A stretch of DNA of 64,000 bases from Candidatus Parcubacteria bacterium (GTDB lineage: Bacteria > Patescibacteriota > Minisyncoccia > UBA6257 > 2-01-FULL-56-20), in NCBI GenBank assembly GCA_027324805.1, contig DAHVRZ010000001.1, forward strand, positions 136,254 to 200,253, given 5' to 3'. The notes under the pieces are model-generated. The model was not told the DNA's origin, ran no database searches, and saw only the letters and a program-made list of their open reading frames with translations. Both the position numbers and the translations under genes were made by a program. Shown here piece by piece: positions 49,419-59,268 of this stretch (position 1 is the first letter of the stretch; each line of letters begins with the position of its first letter).

Positions 49419-50912
49419 ATGCATATGACAAAAGCAACCCCGAAGAAAATTTCAGGAAAAATCGAGTCTGCACAGCGCCCTCCGATCGTCGTCGTGATGG
49501 GGCACGTCGACCACGGCAAGACGACGCTCCTCGACTATATCCGCAAGGCCAATATCGCCGCGCGGGAAGCGGGCGGCATTACCCAGGCGACGGCGGCGTA
49601 CGAGATCGTGCATGGCGGGAGGAAGATAACATTCATTGATACGCCCGGACACGAGGCGTTCACGGCGATGCGTTCGCGCGGGGCGCAAGCCGCCGACCTT
49701 GCGATCCTTGTCGTTGCGGCGGATGAGGGCGTAAAGCCGCAGACAAAGGAAGCGATCAAGATCATAGAGGAATCGAAGACGCCGTTTATCGTGGCGCTCA
49801 ACAAGATCGACAAGACGGGTGGCAACATCGACAAAGCCCGTAATGATCTTATGGCCGCGGGCGTTCTTCTTGAGGGCTATGGCGGCAATGTCAGCTATCA
49901 CGGCATTTCCGCAAAGACCGGCGAAGGTGTGGGTGAGCTGCTCGACCTCATACTCCTTGCGGCCGATCTCGAAAATCTCCGGTATGATCCTGCCGCGGGA
50001 GCGACGGGATTCGTACTCGAGGCGAAGCGCGATCCGAAGCGCGGCATTGAAGCGAGCGTGATCGTGAAGGATGGCATCCTTCACCGCGGCGATCTCATTG
50101 CGACAAAAACCGCTCACGGCAAAGTGAAGATATTGGAGAATTTCCTTGGCAGAATAGCACAAGATCTCGAGCCTTCGTCCCCCGCCATCGTCATTGGTTT
50201 TGAGACCATCCCGAATGTGGGAGAGGAATTTACGGCAGGTGATGCCACAAAAGCGCCCGCCGTGAACGGTGAGGATTCCATCGGCGCATCGCCCGTCCGT
50301 CGTTTTGCCAAGCCAAAAGCGAACGCCCTCAATCTTATTCTCAAGGCCGGCGACGCCGGTTCCCTTGAAGCGCTTTCGACCGTGCTCCACGGCGTTGACC
50401 GGAAGGGAGGCAAAGAGCTGAATCTCATCGAGGGAAGCGTCGGCGACATCACGGACGGCGACGTTCGCCATGCGCAGGCCACCCAGGCCGCGATCATCGG
50501 CTTCAAAAATCGCGTCGAAAAGGGAGCGAAAGTGCTCGCGGATGCGCAAGAGATCACCGTGATCACGTCCGATATCGTTTATGATCTTGCGGATGCCGTC
50601 GAAGAGTTCTTTACGGGAACGCGGGGTCCCGCGGCGGCGGGCGAACTCGAGGTGCTTGCGCTTTTCAACCAGGAAAAACTGGAGAAGCAGCTTGTCGGCG
50701 GTCGCGTAGGGAACGGAACATTCCGCGGAAAGGCGTCGTTCGATATCGTGCGGGGACCGCTCGGCACCGCACCCCTCGGACAAGGGAAGGTGATCGGTTT
50801 ACGCGAGAGGAAGGATGAGATAACAAGCGCGGAAGCGGGCAGAGAGATCGGCGCGCTCATCGACGCGCCGGTTGCGGTGCAGGTCGGCGACCATCTTGTG
50901 ATCAGGAAATGA
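49419..50912 (+). CDS. infB: Translation initiation factor IF-2, short form lacking the long N-terminal region.
   Basis: G domain [15 protein letters not shown]...DTPGHEAF...NKID, followed by beta-barrel domains. An ATG at 49392 or 49425 is an alternative start. Confidence 0.9.
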   Translation: MHMTKATPKKISGKIESAQRPPIVVVMGHVDHGKTTLLDYIRKANIAAREAGGITQATAAYEIVHGGRKITFIDTPGHEAFTAMRSRGAQAADLAILVVAADEGVKPQTKEAIKIIEESKTPFIVALNKIDKTGGNIDKARNDLMAAGVLLEGYGGNVSYHGISAKTGEGVGELLDLILLAADLENLRYDPAAGATGFVLEAKRDPKRGIEASVIVKDGILHRGDLIATKTAHGKVKILENFLGRIAQDLEPSSPAIVIGFETIPNVGEEFTAGDATKAPAVNGEDSIGASPVRRFAKPKANALNLILKAGDAGSLEALSTVLHGVDRKGGKELNLIEGSVGDITDGDVRHAQATQAAIIGFKNRVEKGAKVLADAQEITVITSDIVYDLADAVEEFFTGTRGPAAAGELEVLALFNQEKLEKQLVGGRVGNGTFRGKASFDIVRGPLGTAPLGQGKVIGLRERKDEITSAEAGREIGALIDAPVAVQVGDHLVIRK

Positions 50913-51250
50913 AATTTTATCGTTCCGAGCGGGTAGAGAGCCTCATCCAGCGGGAGCTTGGCATCATTATCACGCGCGAGATCGAATTCGACGGTGCGCT
51001 TGTCACGATCATGTCGGTCGAGGCGGACCGGAAACTTGAGCATGCGGAGATTCGCGTGAGCGTGGTCCCTGCCGAAAAGGCTCCTGCCGCAATGAAGATG
51101 CTTGAGCGTGATGCGGGTAAGCTTCAGCATCTTCTCATGAAGAAGATCAATATAAAGCCCATGCCCCGTATCTCGTTCGCATTTGACCATGGCACCGAGA
51201 ATGCCTCGCGCGTCGAGAAGGCCTTCCTCGACGAAGATATGGGGAAATAG
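50909..51250 (+). CDS. rbfA: Ribosome-binding factor A.
   Basis: [21 protein letters not shown]...VTIMSVEADRKLEHAEIRVSV. ATGA overlap with infB. Confidence 0.85.
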   Translation: MKFYRSERVESLIQRELGIIITREIEFDGALVTIMSVEADRKLEHAEIRVSVVPAEKAPAAMKMLERDAGKLQHLLMKKINIKPMPRISFAFDHGTENASRVEKAFLDEDMGK

Positions 51251-51271
51251 TACACTCATAAGACAAGTTCC

Positions 51272-51343
51272 GGCCACGTGGCGAAGCAGTAACGCAGCGG
51301 TCTGCAAAACCGCGATGCACGGGTGCAAATCCCGTCGTGGCCT
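51272..51343 (+). tRNA. tRNA-Cys, anticodon GCA; atypical T-loop and D-loop.
   Basis: Acceptor GGCCACG/CGTGGCC. Discriminator U, as expected for Cys. Anticodon stem GCGGT/ACCGC with loop CTGCAAA. The T-loop reads TGCAAAT rather than TTCRANT, and the D-loop has no GG. Confidence 0.6.
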
Positions 51344-51363
51344 CAAACACGGATGACGAATAT

Positions 51364-51448
51364 GCCCGGGTGGCGAAATTGGTCAGACGCAGGGGACTTA
51401 AAATCCCCGGCCCGCAAGGGCATGTCGGTTCGACTCCGACCCTGGGCA
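51364..51448 (+). tRNA. tRNA-Leu, anticodon TAA, with a long variable arm.
   Basis: Acceptor GCCCGGG/CCTGGGC, anticodon loop CTTAAAA, T-arm TCGGT-TCGACTC-CGACC, discriminator A. Confidence 0.85.
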
Positions 51449-51471
51449 CCGCGATCGACGATAAAGGAGCT

Positions 51472-53772
51472 CTAGCGAGCCCCCTTATTTTTTCCCGTCT
51501 TCTTGCCGCCCTCCTTTTTCTTTTTATCGCCTGGCGGATTTTCGAGCCAGTTCTTGTATGCCGCCTGCAGTTCATCCTCCGATTCCGGTTTTTTGTTCAT
51601 GACGAATGTGCAATCAGGGTAGCGCGTGCAGGCATAGAACGGTTTGCCGCGCCCGCGCGATTTTTTCATGACGATATCGCCGGGTTTTTCGCGGCGATCG
51701 TCGGAAGCGAGGCATGACGGGCATTTGAAACCGGTCTTGTCCCATATCTTTGCGACGCCCTTGCATTTTGGATAGTCCACGCAGCCAAGGAAGAATCCGA
51801 AGCGGCCACGGCGGACCTTCATGGGTTTTCCGCAGACGGGGCAGCGCTCGTCTTTCGTTTTTTCCTCGAGTTCGCGAATTTGCGCCGCTTCTTCCGGCAT
51901 CGGGAGCGTCACTTTGACGCCCGGTTCCGGGCAAGCGAGGAATTTGCCCATACGTCCGAATTTTATGATCATCGGTTTTCCGCAGTGCGGGCACGGGGTA
52001 TCGGAAATCTCCACCTGCTTTTCGACCGTTGCTTCCTTCTCCTCGAGGTCTTTTTTGAAAGGTACATAGAATTCGCGGCAGACGTCGGTCCATTTCATCT
52101 TTCCCTCGGCGACCTCGTCGAATTCCTCCTCGATCTTCGATGTGAATTTTATGTCGACGATCTCCGGGAAATTTTCCACAAGAAGGTCGTTCACCAGGAT
52201 GCCTATTTCGGTCGGCTGATATTTCTTATCCGTCTTTTCCACGTACCCGCGCTCCTGGATCGTTGAAAGCGTAGGAGCATATGTGGATGGGCGGCCGACT
52301 CCTTCCGCTTCGAGCGCCTTTACGAGCGTGGCGTCCGTGTAGCGGGCCGGCGGTTCGGTGAAGTGCTGGATCGGCAGAGGATTACCGGCGGTGCCTTCTT
52401 TCGCTTCCGCAAGTTCGAGCGACAGCCCTTTTTCGATCTTCGGGAGCGTACCTTCGATCTCGCCGTTCGCATCATCATCTTTCCCTTCGGTGTATACGCG
52501 GATAAAGCCATCGAATACGACCGTCTGCCCGTTCGCACGGAATATTTCGCCGCCCGGGGTGTTTGCTGCGATGTCCGCGGACGTCTGCTCAAGCAGTGCC
52601 TCTTTCATTTGCGAAGCGATCGTCCGTTTCCAAATAAGATCGTACAGGCGCGCTTCGCCGCGGTCCTTGAGGGAGAAATTCTCCCCGACAATCGCGCCGA
52701 GATTTGTCGGACGGATCGCCTCGTGCGCCTCCTGGGCACCCTTGCTGCGGTTCGCGTAATAGCGGGGAGATTCGAGTCGATATTGCTCGCCGAATTCGGT
52801 GCCGATGACGTCGTGTGCCGCTGCAAGCGCCGCCTGTGCAAGGTTCACGCTGTCGGTACGCATATATGTTATATGACCGTTCTCATAAAGGTGTTGGGCG
52901 ACCACCATGGTCTGTTTTGCGCTGAAGCCAAGCTTGCGTGCCGCCTCCTGCTGGAGCGTGGAGGTTGTGAACGGCGGCGCCGGCGTGCGATGCACCTCTT
53001 TTGTGGAAATTTCCGCGACGGAATACGATGCGCCCTTGAGTCGTTCGAGGAGCGCGCTGGCTTCCGCCTCACTCCTAATCCCCATTTTACCGAGCGCTTT
53101 TCCATTTACGGAATGAAGATATGCAGGGAAGGCTCCCTTGGTTTTCGGGATATGGAAATCGGCTTCGATACTCCAGTATTCCTCTTTGCTGAAAGCCTGG
53201 ATCAACCGCTCGCGCTCGACGACGAGCCTTACTGCGACGCTCTGTACGCGCCCGGCGGAGAGTCCGTAGCGGATCTTGCGCCAGAGGAACGGGGAGAGCT
53301 CGTAACCTACAAGGCGGTCAAGCACGCGCCGCGCCTGCTGGGCGTCCACAAGATTCAGGTCGAGGGTGCGCGGATGCTCGAGCGCCTCGAGGATTGCGCT
53401 CTTTGTGATCTCGTGGAACGCAATACGTTCGTATGGCTTTGCCGCAACCTTCTTTTTTTTGCCCGCAACGACGCCGTCGAGCTCAAGTGCGCTCACAAGA
53501 TGCCACGCGATCGCTTCTCCTTCACGGTCCTCGTCAGTGGCGAGAATGACGCGATCCGCCTTTTGTGCGAGTTTTTTTAGATTGGCGACCACCAACTCAG
53601 CCTTTTTCGGGATCATATACTGAGGCGTGAAATCGTGCGCCACATCGATGCCGATTTTGCTTTTCGGCAGGTCGCGAATATGGCCGTATGACGATTCGAC
53701 GGCGAATTCCTTGCCGACGAATTTACCGATGGTTTTTGCTTTTGTAGGGGATTCTACGATGATGAGGTCCAT
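51472..53772 (-). CDS. topA: DNA topoisomerase I with C-terminal zinc-ribbon repeats.
   Basis: N-terminal TOPRIM MDLIIVESPTKAKTI. Active-site Tyr region. Three or four CxxC...CxxC zinc ribbons (CPHCGKPM..., CPVCGKPM..., CPSC...). Confidence 0.95.
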   Translation of the reverse strand: MDLIIVESPTKAKTIGKFVGKEFAVESSYGHIRDLPKSKIGIDVAHDFTPQYMIPKKAELVVANLKKLAQKADRVILATDEDREGEAIAWHLVSALELDGVVAGKKKKVAAKPYERIAFHEITKSAILEALEHPRTLDLNLVDAQQARRVLDRLVGYELSPFLWRKIRYGLSAGRVQSVAVRLVVERERLIQAFSKEEYWSIEADFHIPKTKGAFPAYLHSVNGKALGKMGIRSEAEASALLERLKGASYSVAEISTKEVHRTPAPPFTTSTLQQEAARKLGFSAKQTMVVAQHLYENGHITYMRTDSVNLAQAALAAAHDVIGTEFGEQYRLESPRYYANRSKGAQEAHEAIRPTNLGAIVGENFSLKDRGEARLYDLIWKRTIASQMKEALLEQTSADIAANTPGGEIFRANGQTVVFDGFIRVYTEGKDDDANGEIEGTLPKIEKGLSLELAEAKEGTAGNPLPIQHFTEPPARYTDATLVKALEAEGVGRPSTYAPTLSTIQERGYVEKTDKKYQPTEIGILVNDLLVENFPEIVDIKFTSKIEEEFDEVAEGKMKWTDVCREFYVPFKKDLEEKEATVEKQVEISDTPCPHCGKPMIIKFGRMGKFLACPEPGVKVTLPMPEEAAQIRELEEKTKDERCPVCGKPMKVRRGRFGFFLGCVDYPKCKGVAKIWDKTGFKCPSCLASDDRREKPGDIVMKKSRGRGKPFYACTRYPDCTFVMNKKPESEDELQAAYKNWLENPPGDKKKKEGGKKTGKNKGAR

Positions 53773-53778
53773 AGTCCT

Positions 53779-54927
53779 TCACTCGTTGTTCATTGCGAAA
53801 CCGTCCGCATTCTCTTTCACGATATTTTTAATAATAAGGAATGCGAGGGTCTGGTTGACGATTCGGGGTTCAAGTTTAGCCATCGCGGAAATTTTGTCAA
53901 CATCGGCCGCCGCCGCGCCGCCGCTTTCCATGCAGGCAATCGCTTCGAGAACGAGGTTTTCTTCGGGGGTAAGGGCACCGCGCACCGCCGTATGCCCTGT
54001 GTATCCATCCGATGTTCCGTGAGGGTTCTTTATTACCATACCATAAGTTTCGAAGATATCCTCGGGCGATGCCACGAGTTCTGCTCCTTGGCGTATGAGG
54101 CGGTTCGATCCGCGGTAGTTTTTCTGAGATACGTTCCCCGGAAGGACGAACACGTCACGATTCTGTTCAAAAGCGAAGCGTGCGGTCGAAAGGGCGCCCG
54201 ATCCTTCCGGGGCCTCGATGACCAATATACCGCGCGATAGTCCGCTCACCAGGCGGTTTCGTTCGATGAAGCGGCGGGCGAAGGGAGGTTCGTGGAAGGG
54301 ATATTCCGAGACAAGCACTCCGTCTGCTGCGAGGATCTTTCGGGCAAGATATTCATGATTCCGCGGATGGACCGTGGCGAGTCCTCCCGCAAGCACGGCG
54401 ATCGCGGAGCCGCCGTGCGTGGCGAGACATCCTTCATGCCCCGCACCGTCGATGCCGAACGCAAGTCCGCTCGCTATCGCAAATCCCGCCGAAGAGAGTG
54501 CGGCGCCGAAGCGACGCGCGATGACTTTTCCTTCTTGTGTTGCCTGGCGCGTGCCGACGATCGCGATCGTGCGGGCGCTTCCGTCCGCTCCTCCCGTGCG
54601 CATTGGGAAGTTTCCTTTGATATAAATGGCGTTCGGAGGATGGGGTATCTCGCGGAGCGATCTTGGGAAGAGCGGGTCCGTGGCGAGCAGAATCCGTATT
54701 CCCGCCTTCTCCAATTCACTGGCGGAGCGTTCCGGGTCTGGAATGCGAGATGGGGGAGCCCCTTTCCCATATAGGGGAAGACCCACCCCTTCATTCCGTA
54801 TCCGTTCCGCGACCATCGCATATGTCTCCGCCCAGTTTTGGGAGTCCTGTCTTGCCTTATTGATGGCGCGTCGGTCTCCCAGGAGCGTGATCGCGACCGC
54901 ATTATAGAAAAAACACTCCTCGTTCAT
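53779..54927 (-). CDS. dprA: DNA-processing protein DprA (Smf).
   Basis: Rossmann-like domain IVGTRQATQEGKVIARRFGAALSSAGFAIASGLAFGIDGAGHEG. Sits in the classical dprA-topA neighbourhood. Confidence 0.9.
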   Translation of the reverse strand: MNEECFFYNAVAITLLGDRRAINKARQDSQNWAETYAMVAERIRNEGVGLPLYGKGAPPSRIPDPERSASELEKAGIRILLATDPLFPRSLREIPHPPNAIYIKGNFPMRTGGADGSARTIAIVGTRQATQEGKVIARRFGAALSSAGFAIASGLAFGIDGAGHEGCLATHGGSAIAVLAGGLATVHPRNHEYLARKILAADGVLVSEYPFHEPPFARRFIERNRLVSGLSRGILVIEAPEGSGALSTARFAFEQNRDVFVLPGNVSQKNYRGSNRLIRQGAELVASPEDIFETYGMVIKNPHGTSDGYTGHTAVRGALTPEENLVLEAIACMESGGAAAADVDKISAMAKLEPRIVNQTLAFLIIKNIVKENADGFAMNNE

Positions 54928-55058
54928 GATGGATATAGTGCATGTTCACTATATGCTCAGCCACCGCTTTTGAAATATATTCTTCGGCTTTTCTTTATCA
55001 TCCTTCGGGACATTTGGCGTCGTTTGGAACTTTATCTTATAATAAGTAGAAGAAAGAA

Positions 55059-55595
55059 ATGACCACCCACGACGGTTATAATGGACGCCTTTGGTTGGGG
55101 GTAGCGATACTGTTCGTAAGCGTCGTTGCCGCTGTCATCGCGTTCTTCTATTTTTCCGGTGCCATCGGCGCGCAGGCCGACCAGATCGCCATCGCAAAAC
55201 TGAAAGCGAGCAACGATGCAAATGCCCTCGCCAATCTCGCGTCCCTCGAAGGTGCTGCTCCGCAGGCAGCCCAGTATGACGCGGCCATTCATCAGTTGAT
55301 TCCCGACCAATCCGGACTTATCGCCTTCAATACGTGGATGGGTCAGGTCGCGTCACAATATCAGGTAAATGCATCGGTGGCATTCACCGGTGATCCGACG
55401 CCTTCAGTAGGGAGTACGCCCGGGAGCGTCACTTTCAATATGACCGCACAGGGCCCTGCGGGGAGCATCATTCCATTTCTCGATTATCTTACGACGCGCG
55501 CGCCCGGATTCATTGTTTCATTTACATCAATCGATTTCACGAATACCCAGACGCAAGAATCCTTTACGGCCCAAGGCGTGACATATTTCAGATAA
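55059..55595 (+). CDS. Hypothetical membrane-anchored protein (N-terminal TM, coiled-coil segment, C-terminal beta-rich domain; PilN/PilO-like topology).
   Basis: Topology only. TATAAT lies upstream. Confidence 0.45.
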   Translation: MTTHDGYNGRLWLGVAILFVSVVAAVIAFFYFSGAIGAQADQIAIAKLKASNDANALANLASLEGAAPQAAQYDAAIHQLIPDQSGLIAFNTWMGQVASQYQVNASVAFTGDPTPSVGSTPGSVTFNMTAQGPAGSIIPFLDYLTTRAPGFIVSFTSIDFTNTQTQESFTAQGVTYFR

Positions 55596-55606
55596 TCTTT
55601 TTCATC

Positions 55607-55948
55607 ATGAAGACGTTCTTTAAATCCCATATGGAAACGATGCTGGTGCTGTGTGCGATCATTTTCATTATTGCGATCCTTTGGTTCCTTTTTGCAACAA
55701 TACAGACCGTAGTCAGTCAGGTGGATCGTGCGGTCATAACGCCAACCCCATCCCCCCAGCAGGGGTTCGATCTTAAGAGTGCTCAACGCATTGATTTTCG
55801 GGGCATCGTCATTTCCTCCTCATCCGCAACATCGACCCCCCCCGGAGGTGCCTCCGTCAATTCTCCGGCGATACCTCAATCGTTGATTTTGGCTTCCACA
55901 ACGCCATCCTCGTCCGTCCGGACGGTCACATCTTCCTCCACCAAATAG
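55607..55948 (+). CDS. Hypothetical membrane-anchored Ser/Thr/Pro-rich protein.
   Basis: N-terminal TM helix followed by a low-complexity extracytoplasmic tail. Confidence 0.4.
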   Translation: MKTFFKSHMETMLVLCAIIFIIAILWFLFATIQTVVSQVDRAVITPTPSPQQGFDLKSAQRIDFRGIVISSSSATSTPPGGASVNSPAIPQSLILASTTPSSSVRTVTSSSTK

Positions 55949-55979
55949 ATTCCGTCGGATATTGGTGTATCATGTCAAC

Positions 55980-56477
55980 ATGAAGCTCTCCGAGGCCAAT
56001 TATCGGACGCTGTTCAAGGCGACCGTCATCATAAAGGGATTGATCGCTATCGGCGAGGTTGCATTGGGTTTTCTTTTTGCCTTTTTGAGCTATGACGTGC
56101 TTTTCCGTTTTGCCGCAGCGCTTACGGGGGACGAGCTCATGGAACATCCGCAGGATCTTTTATGGGGAATCGTCGCTACCGCCTTCCGATCGTTCACTTC
56201 CACGCCCCGATCGGTGTGGGCGTTTATTTTCCTCTCGCACGGCGTTGTAAAGCTCATACTTATCGCGGCGCTTCTCTATAACAAAGAATGGGCATTTCCG
56301 TGGTCGGCGACGATATTCACCGGATTTATTGCGTATCAGATATGGCAGATGGTATTCACGCCGTCCTGGGCGCTCGCGTTTATCACGGTACTCGACGCTA
56401 TCGTGGTCATACTTATACTTCACGAGTACCGATTACACAAAAGACGGCGCCGTGAGGCAGCCGCCATTGTGCTCTGA
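55980..56477 (+). CDS. Hypothetical small integral membrane protein (4 TM; DUF2127-like, unverified).
   Basis: The track start at 55962 is a TTG; ATG 55980 is preferred. Four hydrophobic helices. Confidence 0.5.
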   Translation: MKLSEANYRTLFKATVIIKGLIAIGEVALGFLFAFLSYDVLFRFAAALTGDELMEHPQDLLWGIVATAFRSFTSTPRSVWAFIFLSHGVVKLILIAALLYNKEWAFPWSATIFTGFIAYQIWQMVFTPSWALAFITVLDAIVVILILHEYRLHKRRRREAAAIVL

Positions 56478-56492
56478 TACCGATTTTTTTCT

Positions 56493-58832
56493 TTATGCCG
56501 CCGCCGTGATGACCGTGCCCGATCCGGTGGAAGCGCCGCCTGCGGCAGCGGCAGCTTCGTTGGCGAGCGCGTCATCTATTTCACATACGCCGCCTGCACA
56601 CGCGAGCTCCTGCTTTGCATCGGTTTCGTCGGTCGTTTCATGGAGCAGTATCTGCGAGAAGTCTATATTCGGCATTTTTGCCGCCATTTCCTCATAGCGC
56701 TCTTTTGTTATTTCTTCGTACGGCGCGAGAAGATAGGCGTGGTCTTCGCGCGGAAGGAATGAAAGGCCGCCCGTGATATCCCAATGTTCGTAGACCCAGT
56801 TCGCCACGGCGATCCACTCATCGGAACCCACTGAGATCGTAATTGATGGATTGTGCTCGGTGAAATTCTCCTTCACTTTTTTCCAATGTTCGAGCTGGTC
56901 GATCGCCGTAAGATCGTCTTTTACCACTGCACCTTCAGGAGCCTTTACGGGGAATTCGAGCACATACGTGGTGGCCGCAGAGAGCGATTGACCGACCTCC
57001 GGGAAATAGGTGATCTTCTGGTCCTTCATCATCTGAAAGAGGGCATCGGTTGCGCTGATGCGTACGCGACGGATATAGAACTTTGCGTGGCGCGGATGGA
57101 GGCCCGATGCAGCGTCCACGGTCTGTGAAACGGTTCCCGAAGGCTTTACGCATGTGACGGCCATTGAAGGTGCAATACCGAAGCGTTTTGCGTATTCCTT
57201 ATTTACCTCGATCGCGCGATCGCGGAGTTTGCGGAGCATTGCTTCGTCGCGCACGGCGGGGCAATCCCATTGTCCGGTTACTGAAACCCCAAGAAGACGT
57301 TCCGCCTCAACGTTTTCCTGCCATTCTTTCGAAAGATACGGGAAGTGGGTGAGCGTTGACTGATACGTGCCGAGAATGGCAGCGATGCGAACTTTTCTGA
57401 GGAGTGTCTCCTCGGTATCTTCGGCACGGGCCACCACCTCGGAAAGGTTGCAGAATTCCTTCGGCTGGAGAATAATCTCGCCACAAGGGTTCGTACCCAT
57501 GCTGTTGATCGTATCGCCAAGGAATTTCCTGCGTCGTTCAGGGAGCTGGAATGCGAGGCCGCCGCGATTGAAGATGCCGCGTTCGCCCGTATGGCTTTCG
57601 ACGAGAGACATCCATTCCTTCAAAAACTCTTCCGTGGTCGGTTTTTGGGTATAGACGGCGGAATTGTTCGCCATAGTGCGCTGGGGCTCGGTGAAGTAAA
57701 ACTGGCCCTGCTTTGCGGTGCGCATTTCCTGGTCGTCGAGGTCGGAGAGCGAGATCATCGCCGAGCGGCGCACGCCTCCCGCCACTACGATCTCGCCTAT
57801 CTTGCAACAAATATCGTGAACATCAATATTCGAAAGGCGGCGCCCCTGCCTTTCGAGGATCTTTGTGCGGGTGAAGGCGAGGAGTGAGCGGAGCGGATCG
57901 GGGCCGGAACTCTTTCCGCCCATCGTCTTGAGGCGCGCGCCCGCGGGACGGACCTCGGAATAATCAAATTCGACATCTTTGCCTTCAAACCACGTTTTGA
58001 GGCCGAGGGTCAGTGCATCGCACCAGCCTTCCTTGCTGTCGGCAATTACGTGCGCAGCGATCTTCTTTCCGGTCTGTTTTTTTATCTGAGGGAGATTCTG
58101 CACATTCTGACTTTCTACGGAAAAGCCGACACCCGTGCCGCACATGGAGATGTACATGATCTCCGCGAAATCCTCGAGCTTCTGTGGCGCGGTGAAAGAG
58201 CAGTTGTATGCCGCGACGTTCGTTGCGCGCGCTGCCGTGCCTGCGAACTGGAGGAGCCGCATTGAGGGCATCGCTTCCTGCTTCAAAATAGTCTCGCGGA
58301 TCTCTTCGTATTCCTTCTCGGTCAGCTTTGCCCCGAGGTTTTCTTTCATGAAGTCGATATAGCGACCTACGGTCTCGATCCATGTCTCCCGGCGTCCTTC
58401 CTCCGGGATCCATTTCGAATAGGTACGATAGTAGACGAATTCGGCAAGCTGGTTCCTGAAATATGTCTTGCTCTTTTCGGTGAGCTCGCGCACGTGTGCG
58501 GGAATTTCTTTCTTCTTCTCGCGCACCTGGGCACGCTCATTCCGATAGAGGATATAAGCTTTTGCCGTCTTCGCATAATCCATAAGGATCAATTCGGTCT
58601 CGACGACATCCTGGATCTCCTCGATCGTCGGGATATGGTCCTTCGGATAGCGCTTGGCAAGCGATGCAATAACCTGCTCCGCCACCTTTTCCGCATCCTG
58701 CCTCAGGGCCGTCTCGCCCGTTGCCTGCATGGCTTTCGCAATGGCACTCGTGATTTTGTTTTCGTCGAATGACACGATCCTTCCGTCCCTCTTTTTAACC
58801 TGCGAGAAATGCTGCTTGCCGGCTGTAGCCAT
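56493..58832 (-). CDS. nrdJ: Ribonucleotide reductase, class II (adenosylcobalamin-dependent, NrdJ-type) with an N-terminal ATP-cone.
   Basis: ATP-cone VKKRDGRIVSFDENKITSAIAKA. Active-site NPCGEI with nearby EFCNLSE. C-terminal redox tail CAGGVCEIDD. 779 aa with no separate small-subunit gene in the window. Confidence 0.8.
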   Translation of the reverse strand: MATAGKQHFSQVKKRDGRIVSFDENKITSAIAKAMQATGETALRQDAEKVAEQVIASLAKRYPKDHIPTIEEIQDVVETELILMDYAKTAKAYILYRNERAQVREKKKEIPAHVRELTEKSKTYFRNQLAEFVYYRTYSKWIPEEGRRETWIETVGRYIDFMKENLGAKLTEKEYEEIRETILKQEAMPSMRLLQFAGTAARATNVAAYNCSFTAPQKLEDFAEIMYISMCGTGVGFSVESQNVQNLPQIKKQTGKKIAAHVIADSKEGWCDALTLGLKTWFEGKDVEFDYSEVRPAGARLKTMGGKSSGPDPLRSLLAFTRTKILERQGRRLSNIDVHDICCKIGEIVVAGGVRRSAMISLSDLDDQEMRTAKQGQFYFTEPQRTMANNSAVYTQKPTTEEFLKEWMSLVESHTGERGIFNRGGLAFQLPERRRKFLGDTINSMGTNPCGEIILQPKEFCNLSEVVARAEDTEETLLRKVRIAAILGTYQSTLTHFPYLSKEWQENVEAERLLGVSVTGQWDCPAVRDEAMLRKLRDRAIEVNKEYAKRFGIAPSMAVTCVKPSGTVSQTVDAASGLHPRHAKFYIRRVRISATDALFQMMKDQKITYFPEVGQSLSAATTYVLEFPVKAPEGAVVKDDLTAIDQLEHWKKVKENFTEHNPSITISVGSDEWIAVANWVYEHWDITGGLSFLPREDHAYLLAPYEEITKERYEEMAAKMPNIDFSQILLHETTDETDAKQELACAGGVCEIDDALANEAAAAAGGASTGSGTVITAAA

Positions 58833-59268
58833 ATCTTTGGGATTTTTTTATGTGGTTTATGATAGGGTGACCTTGTGAGCGTCCTCGGCGCGTGTCGCCA
58901 GAGGCTCCTCACTATTGAATCACCGCACGTGCGGGGAGAGAATTCGGCTGCCATTGCGAAGAAATAATTTTGTGTGCATGGCAACTTCCTTCCCGCAGTG
59001 CGGTCGTTTTTCACCCCGAAAACATTGACCGTCTTCGATCTTCCTGTGTGTTACGACGGCCGTCTTATATGATGACATAAATGTCGTCGTATTCTGCTTT
59101 TGCGCGTTCACAATATTGGATTGCTTCCTTTCCCTTTATTTTTGGGCCTTTTTAAGGCATCACGCACTAACATGATCCATAATGACATGTGTGTATTGCT
59201 TCAAATCCGTTCTCAATCAATCATTCCCGTTGAATAATCCCGTATTGGCGCGAAAATGTAAGAACGTC

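Noticed and set aside
58833-59180. Cobalamin riboswitch or NrdR boxes upstream of the RNR gene.
   Set aside because: Reverse-complement inspection shows GGTGAAAAA and CCGCACTG fragments, but the order and spacing do not fit the B12-box/GGUGAAA architecture. A B12 riboswitch on a B12-dependent class II RNR would also be unexpected. No AT-rich 16-bp NrdR palindrome pairs are present.
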